NCBI GenBank assembly: GCA_963804995.1
Contig: CAWDSK010000003.1
Span: 1,600,001-1,664,000 of the forward strand
Direction of reading: 5' to 3'
DNA: 64,000 nucleotides
Source of the DNA: an uncultured Acidobacteriota bacterium
GTDB taxonomy: Bacteria > Acidobacteriota > Terriglobia > UBA7540
Below, piece after piece: positions 48,548 to 58,228 of this stretch (positions within the stretch are counted from its first letter, which is position 1; each line of letters begins with the position of its first letter). The notes below the pieces were generated by a model. It ran no database searches and was not told the origin of the DNA. It saw only the letters and a program-made list of their open reading frames with translations. Both the position numbers and the translations under genes were made by a program.

Positions 48548-48714
48548 CTCACTCGCCCAAGCTTTAGCACCGCGCGCCGTGAGAGGTCTTTCGGCCTCAG
48601 CCACGTTAGGCAAACCCTTAATCCGAGAGTGCCTGTTGTACCCGACTTCAGAGCCTCTTTCGATGCTCTTGGGCAGTGGCCTGTGTGCCGCGCGGGAGCC
48701 TCGCCTACCGAGGA
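48548..48714 (-). promoter_or_regulatory. M-box (ykoK) Mg2+ riboswitch
   Basis: ctcggtaggcgaggctcc..ggccactgccc..gggtacaacagg..cggattaagg..taacgtggctg..gtgctaaagct follows the ykoK consensus order. Confidence 0.88.
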
Positions 48715-48775
48715 TCCGTTTAAATTCTGACTGCACAGCCTGCTGCTTTCACCAAGGCTGCACAGCCCGATTGGC

Positions 48776-48805
48776 AAGTTACACCGCGTGAAAAAGAACT
48801 GTCAA
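48776..48805 (-). promoter_or_regulatory. Sigma70-type promoter upstream of the M-box
   Basis: TTGACA-18 nt-TAACTT on the minus strand. Confidence 0.45.
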
Positions 48806-48971
48806 GAAGAAAAGCCGTCTCTTTCGGTTTTTTTCGAAATTTTCATCCAGGTTAGGCAGCGGAAGGATCCAAACACTTTGTGGAGTTCCTATTCCTATCC
48901 GGCTGGCGAACCCTGATGGGTGGCTATTGAACCTTCATCACCCGGATTCATCTGACCCCTGTCCATAAAGG

Positions 48972-49523
48972 TCAGGCTCGCGCCGATTGCTGGGCCCCGG
49001 CATGGGTCTTAAGCGCCTGCACGATTCCCCGGCAAAACGCCGGCAAATCCCCGGGCACGCGCGAGGTAATCAGGTTGCCGTCCACTACCACCTCTTCATC
49101 TACGTAGTTGGCCCCGGCGTGAATCATGTCGTCCTTTATCGCGCGGAAGCACGTGGCCTTGCGACCTCGCAGGATGTCCGCCGAGCACAGCACCCACCCG
49201 GCGTGGCAGATGGCAGCGACGATCTTGCCGGCCTTGTCCATGTCGCGAACGAAGTTCAGCATGCGCTCGTCCTGCCGCAGGGTGTCCGGCGCCCATCCGC
49301 CCGGAATGACAACGGCGTCGAAATCCCGCGCGCTAACCTCGGCAATCGACTTATCGGAGACCACGGGGTAACCCTTCTTGCTGATATAAGTCTTCCCTGC
49401 CTCAGCGCCGACGGTCACGGTCGTAGCTCCGTCTTCCTGAAACCGCAGAAGCGGATACCAAACCTCCATCTCCTGATATTGGTCAGCCGCCAAGACGGCG
49501 ATTCGTTTTCCTTGTAAATCCAT
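48972..49523 (-). CDS. PfpI/DJ-1-family protein
   Basis: YQEMEV.YP, IPGGWAPD, AAICHAGW, LITSR.P.DL. Confidence 0.92.
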   Translation of the reverse strand: MDLQGKRIAVLAADQYQEMEVWYPLLRFQEDGATTVTVGAEAGKTYISKKGYPVVSDKSIAEVSARDFDAVVIPGGWAPDTLRQDERMLNFVRDMDKAGKIVAAICHAGWVLCSADILRGRKATCFRAIKDDMIHAGANYVDEEVVVDGNLITSRVPGDLPAFCRGIVQALKTHAGAQQSARA

Positions 49524-49585
49524 CGCCCCCTCCTCTCAGGCCATCTATGTTATCACGTACGCTTCCTCCACTCACCGGCCTGGGG

Positions 49586-50410
49586 CTACTCCAACAAATT
49601 CTCCACCGGCGTGCTGATTGCCGTGTAGGCCTCCGGCTTGCGGTCGCGGAAAAGCGGAAAGTTGCGCCGGGCGGTAAACACCTCTTCGCGTTCGATGTCG
49701 AAGGAAATGATCTCCTCTTCCGTGCCACTGGCCTGGACGGCGATTTTGCCGCGCGGCGTAATGATCATGCTCTTACCTGACATGCGCCATTCACCTTCCC
49801 GGCCCACGTGGTTGCACGCCGCCAAAAATGCACCATTTTCAAGCGCCCGGGTGGTCAGGAAGTTTTCCCACGGATCATCGATGGGAGTGGCATAAGGCGC
49901 AATGATGAACTCCGCCCCGCGAATCGCCAGGCAGCGGCACGATTCCGGAAATAGGTTGTCATAGCAAGTCGAAATGCCCACGGTCCAATCGCCGACTTTG
50001 AAAACCGGGAAGGAAGAGCCACCGCGAAAATAGATCTTCTCCAGACTGAGCAGCGCCGCGGGATGAACCTTGCGGTACTTGCCCGCGATCTCGCCCTGGG
50101 GATTGATCAGCATCGCGGTGTCGTAATAAAGCCCCGCGCGTTCCACCTCGAAAATCGTGGAGACAATCCAGACTTTTAGCTCTTTCGCGCAAGCGCGCAT
50201 CCGCTCGGTGGTGGGCCCGGTGTCCGGCTCCGCGTAGTCCATGTAATGGTAATCGCGGAACTGCGGGAAGTACTCGCAGTTGAAAAACTCGGGGAGGACG
50301 ATAAAGTTGGCGCCCTCCGCGGCGGCGCGCAAAACAAACTGGCTGGCCCGCTCCACGTTTTCATCGCGGGCGGCGGCCCGGCTGTTCATCTGGATCAATG
50401 AGAGTCGCAT
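49586..50410 (-). CDS. Carbon-nitrogen hydrolase (nitrilase superfamily)
   Basis: LPEF, YRKVH, TCYD catalytic E-K-C triad, RALEN. Confidence 0.92.
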   Translation of the reverse strand: MRLSLIQMNSRAAARDENVERASQFVLRAAAEGANFIVLPEFFNCEYFPQFRDYHYMDYAEPDTGPTTERMRACAKELKVWIVSTIFEVERAGLYYDTAMLINPQGEIAGKYRKVHPAALLSLEKIYFRGGSSFPVFKVGDWTVGISTCYDNLFPESCRCLAIRGAEFIIAPYATPIDDPWENFLTTRALENGAFLAACNHVGREGEWRMSGKSMIITPRGKIAVQASGTEEEIISFDIEREEVFTARRNFPLFRDRKPEAYTAISTPVENLLE

Positions 50411-50554
50411 AGGGGTTCTGGATGGGTCCTTCGGCCCGTTAGAGTTTTTGGCTCATCTTAGAAAGCATGATCAATAACTTGCAATGCGCAACAATCCACA
50501 TAACCTGGTTTTTCGGCACCCTCCCTGGGAAAGGGATAACAATCAAACCCATAG

Positions 50555-50688
50555 CCCTCTCCTGTGGGGAGAGGGTGGACCGCTGCCGGCGTTTTCATCA
50601 GCCGGAGCGGGACGGGCTTACGCCCACCGAAGGGGCACTTGGGAGCCGTGAACGACTTCGGCTTCGGCCCGCAGGCGGGTGAGGGGTC
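50555..50688. repeat. ccctctcc/ggagaggg-type palindromic repeat with an internal insert
   Basis: Inverted match to 58034-58103 (ggtggaccgc..ccggcgttttcatcagccgg..gcgggacggg..tgaggggtc). Confidence 0.75.
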
Positions 50689-50719
50689 TCTTCCTGACTG
50701 AACTAACCGCCCCGCGCAC

Positions 50720-52201
50720 CTAATCCTTCGCCGGCTTTAACCCCAAACTCGCCCAGAGGCTATCGACTTTCTTTTTAACTTCCGGGTCCATGACGATTTC
50801 ATCCGGCCAGGGGCGGGTAAAACCTTCGGATGCCCACTTCCGTGTGGCGTCAATTCCCATCTTGGAGCCGAAGTTGGGCAGGCGCGAGGCGTGTTCGAGT
50901 TGGTCGACAGGCCCCAGCGTGAACTGAATATCGCGCTCGGGGTCGATATGGTTCAGGGCTTTCCAGGCGACCTCGCCCGAATCCTGCACATTCACATCGT
51001 GGTCCACCACCACAATACACTTGGTGAACATGGCGCCGGGCAAACCCCAGATGGCGTGCATCACCTTTCGAGCGTGACCTGGGTAGCTCTTACGAATTGC
51101 CACAATCAGCAGGTTATGGAACACGCCCTCGGCAGGCATATGCATGTCCACGACTTCCGGCATCTGTTTGCGCATCAGGGGCAGGAACAGGCGCTCAACA
51201 GCATAGCCCATCCAATAATCTTCCATGGGCGGACGGCCGACGACGGTGGAAACGTAGATGGGATCGCGCCGCCGGGTGATGCAGGTGACGTGAAACGCCG
51301 GGAATTTATCCTCGAGAGAATAGTACCCGGTATGATCGCCAAACGGCCCTTCGGTGCGAATGTCGTCGAGATCCACGTAGCCTTCCAGGACGATTTCGGC
51401 GTGGGCGGGAACCTCCAGGTCAACCGTCTCGCACTTTACCAACTCCACCGGCTGTTGGCGCAGGAAGCCGGCGAAGAGGAATTCGTCCAAGTCCTGGGGC
51501 AAGGGCAGGACGCCGGAAAGCATCGTGACCGGGTCCGCGCCGAGGGCAACCGCCACATCCATGCGTCGGCCCTTTCCCTGCCGCTCCAGCCAGCGGAAGT
51601 GTTCCGCGCCGCCCTTGTGAACCTGCCAGTGCATCCCGGTGGTGCGCTCGTCGAACACCTGCATACGGTAACAACCCACGTTGCGCCGGCCGTTTTTGGG
51701 GCTGCGCGTTACCACCATGGGAAACGTGATGAAGCGGCCCCCATCCTGCGGCCAGCACTTCATGATCGGCAGGCGCGCGAGCGAAAAGTTCTCCCGCTCG
51801 ATCACTTCCTTCACCGGGCCGCTGCGCACATTCTTGGGAAAGAATGAGCCGAGCTCGGAAAGCTTGGGGAGTAGCTTCACCTTATCCAGGAAGCCTGCCG
51901 GCGGCTTCATGTCCAGCAGGTCCTCGATGCGGCGCGCCACTTCTTCGAGCGAGCCGACTTCGAGCGCCAGCTCCAGCCGTCGCCGCGTCCCGAGCGTATT
52001 GATGAGTAGGGGCAGCGAATAGCCGACTCCTTCGCGCCCCGACCGGGGTTTTTCAAAGAGCAGCGCCGGCCCACCCGTCTTCGAAACGCGGTCAGTAATT
52101 TCGGTAATTTCGAGATCGACGTCCGCTTCGGCGGCGATACGCTTCAGCTCGCCCTCTTGTTCCAGGCGGGCAATAAATTCACGCAGGTCTTGGTAGGCCA
52201 C
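50720..52201 (-). CDS. UbiD-family decarboxylase (possibly menaquinone/futalosine-pathway type)
   Basis: DLREFI..LE, GGPALLFE, WPQDGG.FIT, NVGCYRMQ, EGPFGDHTGYY, KMGIDAT. Confidence 0.92.
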   Translation of the reverse strand: MAYQDLREFIARLEQEGELKRIAAEADVDLEITEITDRVSKTGGPALLFEKPRSGREGVGYSLPLLINTLGTRRRLELALEVGSLEEVARRIEDLLDMKPPAGFLDKVKLLPKLSELGSFFPKNVRSGPVKEVIERENFSLARLPIMKCWPQDGGRFITFPMVVTRSPKNGRRNVGCYRMQVFDERTTGMHWQVHKGGAEHFRWLERQGKGRRMDVAVALGADPVTMLSGVLPLPQDLDEFLFAGFLRQQPVELVKCETVDLEVPAHAEIVLEGYVDLDDIRTEGPFGDHTGYYSLEDKFPAFHVTCITRRRDPIYVSTVVGRPPMEDYWMGYAVERLFLPLMRKQMPEVVDMHMPAEGVFHNLLIVAIRKSYPGHARKVMHAIWGLPGAMFTKCIVVVDHDVNVQDSGEVAWKALNHIDPERDIQFTLGPVDQLEHASRLPNFGSKMGIDATRKWASEGFTRPWPDEIVMDPEVKKKVDSLWASLGLKPAKD

Positions 52202-52593
52202 GATGGGACCTCGGAAAAAGGGCTTTAGGAGCTATCAGCTGTCGCTGGAAGCTCTCAGCTGTCAGCATTCAGCTCTCGGCTGTCTGTTGTCCGTAGTCTG
52301 TGGTCCGTGGCGATGACCCTGTCCCTCAGTCGTTGAATCAATCTGCCACGGCTCAAACCATTTGGGGACCGAAACACCGCACTGCCACAGGCGACGGACA
52401 ACGGACAACTTCCTTTGCAGCATTACAGATTGGCCCGTTCAAATCAAGCCTAGTCCATTCTTGTGCTTGACTTTGACCCTTCTGGGCCGGAAACTAAGTT
52501 GAGGACCCGGCAAGCATCGAGTCAGATTTCGAGCGCTTCCCGCGTGTCGCGAGATGAAAGGTGTCGGGACTCGGTTAGAACGAGACTAGGCAT

Positions 52594-54372
52594 ATGGTAC
52601 GCACGCCTACCATCGTAGGTCGACCGGGATTCCGTTTGTCCTCCCGGCTGCTGGCCATCCTCATGGCAGCCGTCGCGGCTGTAATTCCCTACCCCGCCAA
52701 CGCGCAAACCGAAACTGCCAAGGAAATTTCCACGCGGGACGTGGAACCCACCTTCAAGCTCCAGGTGGAGCGCAACCTCGTAGTGGTTCGCGTGGTGGTG
52801 CGGAACAAGAACGGCGAGACAGTTGACAATCTTCACAAAGAAGACTTTCAGCTTTTCGATCACGGCAAGCTTCAGGCCATCTCGCACTTTTCGGTGGAAA
52901 AAACCACCCTGAAGGCCGCGGTGAAAACTCCCGAAAAGAAACCTGCTGCCGCCGAAGAGGAACCTACGGACGAAAGCGCGATTTCACCCTCCGCCGCCCG
53001 GCGATTCCTGGGCATTTATTTCGACGATGTAAGCACCTCTTACGAAGACTTGATCCGCACCCGTGACGCGACGAACCATTATCTATCAACTTCCCTCCAA
53101 GCCGGTGACCGCGTCGGACTGTTTACTGCTTCGGGCCAGAACCAGGTTGACTTCACGGATGACGTTGCCAAAGTGCACCAAGCGCTCCTCAACCTGCGTC
53201 CGCGTCCGGTAATCGGGCAGGACACCTCTTGTGGAGCCATCCCGCCTTACGAGGCGTTCCTCATTTTTACTCAACACGACCCCCAGGCGCTCGATGTGGC
53301 CACCAACGAGATCTTGAATTGCCGTTACAACGGTGACACCACGCGCCTCCAACAAGCGCAAAACGATGCGGAGGCTGAGGCGACCCACGCCGCCAGCTTA
53401 AACGAGACCGAGGCGCGCGCCTCCCTGCGGGGAATTGAGTTGCTGGTGCGCTCCATGGCGGCCCTTCCCGGCCAGCGCAGTGTGGTAATCGTTTCCGCGG
53501 GGTTTTTAACCGAGAATCTCCACTTCGAACTCGACACGATCGTCGACCGCGCCCTGCGTTCCAATGTCATCGTCAGCGCCCTGGACGCCCGCGGGCTGTA
53601 CACCGACGCCACCCTGGACCCCAGCGTGCGTAGCATCGCCAATTCGTCGCGCGCCGACGTTGCGGGAAAGAAGAGCCAGTACTTGATCGATAGCGCCCGC
53701 CGGCAATCGGACGGCATAAAAACCATCGCCCTCGACACTGGCGGCATCTTCTTCAGCAACAGCAACGACCTCGAAGGTGGTTTCCGCCAGGCGGCCGCGC
53801 TCCCCCAGGCCTATTACGTACTGGCTTTCTCCCCCCAGAACCTGAAACTCGATGGGGCCTTCCATCCCATCCGGCTCAAGCTGGTCCCCCAATTGGATTA
53901 CAACTTACAGGCCCGGCGCGGCTATTATGCTCCCCGAAAGCCTGAGGACCCGACCGTGCAAGAGAAGGAAGAGATTGAGGAGGCCCTCTTCTCTCAGGAC
54001 GAGACGCATGAGCTGCCCATGGAAGTTCACACCCAATTCTTCATGAAGACCGAAACCGACGCGCAACTTGCCGTTCTTACGCGTCTGGATTTACGCCAGT
54101 TGCACTTCCGCAAGCAAGAGGATCGCAATCTTGACAACCTGACCTTCGTGACCGCTGTGTTTGATCGCGATGGCCACCTGGTGAGCGGCCAGGAGAAGCT
54201 CCTTACGCTCAAGCTGCGGGACGATAGCCTGGCCCGATATCTACAGACCGGCATCACCCTGAAATTAAACTTTGACGTCAAACCGGGCACGTACCTGGTG
54301 CGCGCCGTAGTGCGCGATTCCGAAAGCGGCCAAATCTCGGGATTGAACCGCACCGTCGAAATTCCTTATTAG
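52594..54372 (+). CDS. VWA-domain protein (acidobacterial type)
   Basis: NLVVVRVVVR...L.KEDF.LFD, YFDDVS, VSAGF, DARGL, A.DTGG, YYVLAF, ARRGYYA. Confidence 0.85.
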   Translation: MVRTPTIVGRPGFRLSSRLLAILMAAVAAVIPYPANAQTETAKEISTRDVEPTFKLQVERNLVVVRVVVRNKNGETVDNLHKEDFQLFDHGKLQAISHFSVEKTTLKAAVKTPEKKPAAAEEEPTDESAISPSAARRFLGIYFDDVSTSYEDLIRTRDATNHYLSTSLQAGDRVGLFTASGQNQVDFTDDVAKVHQALLNLRPRPVIGQDTSCGAIPPYEAFLIFTQHDPQALDVATNEILNCRYNGDTTRLQQAQNDAEAEATHAASLNETEARASLRGIELLVRSMAALPGQRSVVIVSAGFLTENLHFELDTIVDRALRSNVIVSALDARGLYTDATLDPSVRSIANSSRADVAGKKSQYLIDSARRQSDGIKTIALDTGGIFFSNSNDLEGGFRQAAALPQAYYVLAFSPQNLKLDGAFHPIRLKLVPQLDYNLQARRGYYAPRKPEDPTVQEKEEIEEALFSQDETHELPMEVHTQFFMKTETDAQLAVLTRLDLRQLHFRKQEDRNLDNLTFVTAVFDRDGHLVSGQEKLLTLKLRDDSLARYLQTGITLKLNFDVKPGTYLVRAVVRDSESGQISGLNRTVEIPY

Positions 54373-54383
54373 GAGAGGGGCCC

Positions 54384-56821
54384 ATGTCTCGATACCGTTT
54401 GATTCTGGCTCTGGGTTTATTTGCTACCTTAGGCTGGCTAGGCTGGGAGTCTCGGTTGGCCCCTGCCGCCGCGCAGGGATCTTCCCCGCAGGCCGTGGCC
54501 AACCCGTCGACGGTGATCAAGACGGAATCCAACCTGGTTCTGGTCGATGTGATCGTGACCGACAAGAAGGGCAACTACATCCACGACATGGACCAGAAGG
54601 AATTCCACGTCTTTGAAGACGACCGGGAACAAACGGTTACCAGCTTTTCGCGCGCCAGTGACATCCAGCCCAATGCTCCCCAACAAAAACGCTATATGGT
54701 CCTGTACTTTGACGACTCCACCATGCTGCCCAGCGATCAGATGCGGGCCCGTGACGCCGCGGCGAAATTCGTGGAGAGCACGGCTGCCCCGAATTGTCTG
54801 GTAGCCGTGGCGGAATTTAGTACAGACCTGCGCGTGACTCAGAACTTCACGGCGGACGGAGATCGCTTGAAGCGGGCCGTGAGCAGCGTCCGGGTGGGAG
54901 GAATGAATCCCAATGTGCCCGGCCAGACAGTGGAACTCGCCGCCTTGGGCGCACCGTCTCTGGGCGTAACCAGGTCTGACTTCGCCGCGCGCAGCATGCT
55001 GCTGTCAATTCGCGAGATGGCAAAGTCGCTTCGCACCGTTCCAGGCCGCAAGACGTTGATTCTCTTTTCCAGCGGGTTTGCCCTCACGGCGGAGCGCCAG
55101 GCTGAACTGACGGCCACCATTGACGCACTGAACAAGGCCAACATCGCCGTCTATCCCGTGGACGTGCGGGGCCTCGCCGTCTCCCCCAACCCGGGGATGG
55201 ATGTCACCCGTCCTGGAGGCAGCCTTCCGGGATTCCCTCCCGGAGCCCTCCTGCGGGAAATGGATTCACCTTTCGCTCACCTGCCGGGTCTTCTGGCGGC
55301 GTTGACCATGCCGGCTGATCCCGATCCACAACACGGTGGAGCAGGCGGTGGTGGCGTGGGCGGTGGTGGCGTAGGGGGCGGCGGCGCGGGTGGAGCAGGC
55401 GGGGCGGGGGCAGGAGCAGGAGCGGGCGGAGCGGGCCGGGGAGGCGCAGGTGCGGGTGGCAGTCCCGGTGCGGGGGGCAACGCCGGAGCCGGCCGTGGGG
55501 GTGGCAATACCGGCGCGACGGGAAACCCTGGCGCCGGCCGTGGGGGCGGCAATCCCAATAACAATCCTAACAATCCCAACAACCCTTACAGTAACAACCC
55601 CAGCCTGAATCCCAACCTCTGTAACGGTCCCATGGCTTACCAATATCCTAGCTGTGGCACTCGAGTGGGATTATTCCCACCATGCCGGATACCGTCGCCA
55701 CCAACCAGCAGGTCCTTTATGCGCTGGCTTCGGGCACCGGCGGATTTACCATTTTCAACACCAACGATTTCCTGGAAGGTCTGCGGAAGGTCGCGAAAGA
55801 GATGAATGAGTACTACGTGCTGGGCTATGTCCCGCCCGATCAGGCGCACGATGGCGGCTTTCACAAAATCAAAGTGAAGGTTGACCGCCAGGGCGTGGAA
55901 GTGCGTTCACGCAGCGGCTACTTCGACGTGAAAAGTCCTGACTTGCTGGCGGGAAAGCCGGAAGGCAAGGCGCTGGAGGATCGGGTTGCCGCCCCCGCGC
56001 AGCCGGGTGACATTCCAGTCTCGCTCACGGCGCCTTATTTCTACGCCAGCCCGGGTGTCGCCCGCGTGAATTTGTCCCTCTCCATTCCCGCATCCGCCAT
56101 CGACTTTGAGAAGGAGAAATCAAACGTCCATTCGCAGGTGAATGTTCTGGGAATCGCCTATCGCGAGAACGGCTCCGTGGCGGCGCGCTTCAGCGACATG
56201 GTAAAGCTGGAATTCGAAAAAAAGGAGCTGAAGGAATTCTCCAAAACCGCCTTCGATTACCAGAACAGCTTCAACATCGCGCCGGGAAAGTACACGCTGA
56301 AGCTTGTGCTGAGCGCCGGTGGCCAGAAATTCGGCAAATATGAAATGCCTCTCGTGGTGGACCCGTTTACCGGCAAGGAGTTGATGGTGGGTGGACCCGC
56401 GCTGAGCAGCAAGGTCATCCCTGTCTCCCAGCTCACCGTCAATATGGATGAAGCTCTGCTCGAAGAACGCACGCCCCTGGTGTTTGGCGGCATGCAGGTC
56501 ATTCCCTCCCCCAACAACCGGTTTGAAAAAAGCGCGCAGCCGGTTTGCTATGTGGAAGTGTTCGAACCTCTGTTGCCACACGACGTGCCGCGAGTGGGGA
56601 TCCTGTTCGACATCGTGAACCGGAAAACCAACCAGCAGGTCTTCAACTCCAACACGATCCTGATCAACGATTTTATACGGCCGGGTAATCCCGTGGTCCC
56701 CGCGGGCTTCAAATTGCCCATCGACCAACTCCAGGCAGGCGATTACCGGCTGGAAGTCCGAGGGCGCGATTCGGCCGGTAACGCTTCCACCGTGCGCACC
56801 GCGGATTTTTCAGTTGAGTAA
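54384..56821 (+). CDS. VWA-domain protein with Gly-rich and Asn/Pro-rich insert (frameshift near 55665)
   Basis: NLVLVDVIVTD, YFDDS, GRKTLILFSSG, DVRGL; the second frame continues LA.GTGG..NTND, YYVLGY, RSGYF. Confidence 0.85.
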
Positions 56822-56826
56822 GCCGC

Positions 56827-57969
56827 GTGCCACGAAAGATTCCAACCCCACCCCGAGGCCGGAGGCGAAATCCTCCGGCCTCTCCTCATGCCAGGATTCG
56901 TCGCGCGCTGCTGGCTTGGTTTCGTGCCCACCGGCGTGCACTCCCCTGGCGTGAGACTCGCAACCCCTACGCCATTTGGGTCTCGGAGGTCATGCTCCAG
57001 CAGACCCAGATTGCGACTGTCATCCCTTACTACCAGCACTTTCTTGAAGCCTTTCCCACGGTGGCAGATCTTGCCCAGGCGACCCTGGAGCGCGTGCTGG
57101 AATTGTGGTCGGGCCTGGGCTACTACCGCCGCGCCCGCCACCTGCACCAGGCTGCGCAGGCTGTCATGGTGCATTTCGCGGGGCGATTTCCGCAGGACTA
57201 CGCGAGCCTCCGCACCCTGCCCGGTATCGGCGATTACACCGCCAAGGCCGTCTTGAGTATCGGCTTCAATCAACCCTACGCCGTGCTGGATGGAAACGTG
57301 GCCCGCGTGGTGGCCCGCCTGTTTGCTCTGCGTGGCAATTTGCACCAGCCGAAGTTCCGGCGCCGGGTCGAAAAAGAACTGGCGGCGCTGCTCGCACCCC
57401 GCTCGCCAGGCGATTTCAATGAGGCGCTGATGGAACTGGGACAAACTCTTTGTTTGCCCCACGGCGCCCTATGCGGCTCTTGTCCCACCAGAAAATGGTG
57501 TCAGGGCCTCCGCTCCGCCGATCCGGAAAACTTTCCCGTTCCCCGGCCTCGCCGCGCTGCCGAAACGCGTTACCTTGCGGCTGCTCTCCTGCAACAGGGA
57601 AAGCGCGTGGGCATGTTGCGGGGATTGGATGAGGGGTTACTCGGTGACCTGTGGAATTTTCCCGCGGCTTTTGGCAGTACCCCCGCGGAAGCCTTGGAAT
57701 CTTTGCGGAAAAAGCTTGCTGGACTAATACGCGCCCCCTTCGCAGCCGTCGCGGCACGCCATGGTGTGCCCCTACTCACCGTGGGAGAGCCCGTGGCGGA
57801 ATTTCGCCACGGCATTACCTATCGTGCTATTCAGGCGCAGATTTATCCAGTCACCACCAACGGCAAATTCGCGCGAGGCGGGGTTCATTGGTTCGAACTC
57901 ACGCGCCTGCCAAATGCCGCCATCTCCCAAGTGGCCCGCAAGATCCTGCATAAGGTTTCTCACGAATAA
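56827..57969 (+). CDS. mutY: A/G-specific adenine glycosylase
   Basis: LPWR, WVSEVMLQQT, WSGLGYYRRA, LPGIG.YTA, LDGNVARV, four-Cys Fe-S motif. Confidence 0.95.
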   Translation: MPRKIPTPPRGRRRNPPASPHARIRRALLAWFRAHRRALPWRETRNPYAIWVSEVMLQQTQIATVIPYYQHFLEAFPTVADLAQATLERVLELWSGLGYYRRARHLHQAAQAVMVHFAGRFPQDYASLRTLPGIGDYTAKAVLSIGFNQPYAVLDGNVARVVARLFALRGNLHQPKFRRRVEKELAALLAPRSPGDFNEALMELGQTLCLPHGALCGSCPTRKWCQGLRSADPENFPVPRPRRAAETRYLAAALLQQGKRVGMLRGLDEGLLGDLWNFPAAFGSTPAEALESLRKKLAGLIRAPFAAVAARHGVPLLTVGEPVAEFRHGITYRAIQAQIYPVTTNGKFARGGVHWFELTRLPNAAISQVARKILHKVSHE

Positions 57970-58033
57970 GGGGAAGGGCGGTGCTTATGGTTTTTGAATT
58001 CCTAGAATCCTCGAACGCCCTGAACCCCCAGGT

Positions 58034-58103
58034 GACCCCTCACCCGTCCCGCCCCGGCTGATGAAAACGCCGGCTGCGGTCCACCCTCTCCCCTCGGAGA
58101 GGG
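58034..58103. repeat. ccctctcc/ggagaggg-type palindromic repeat
   Basis: gacccctcacccgtcccg..ccaccctctcccctcggagaggg; forms an inverted pair with the IS-interrupted copy starting at 58217. Confidence 0.7.
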
Positions 58104-58228
58104 CGGTTATTCATGGTGGAGTGTTCCATCGGCATACGCAGAGAATGGGTCTCCAATTCGGCCAGCGGGCGCTTCGATATAACCTTCCCGTGGCCGGAAC
58201 TACCCTGAGATCATAGCCTTCTCCCCAG

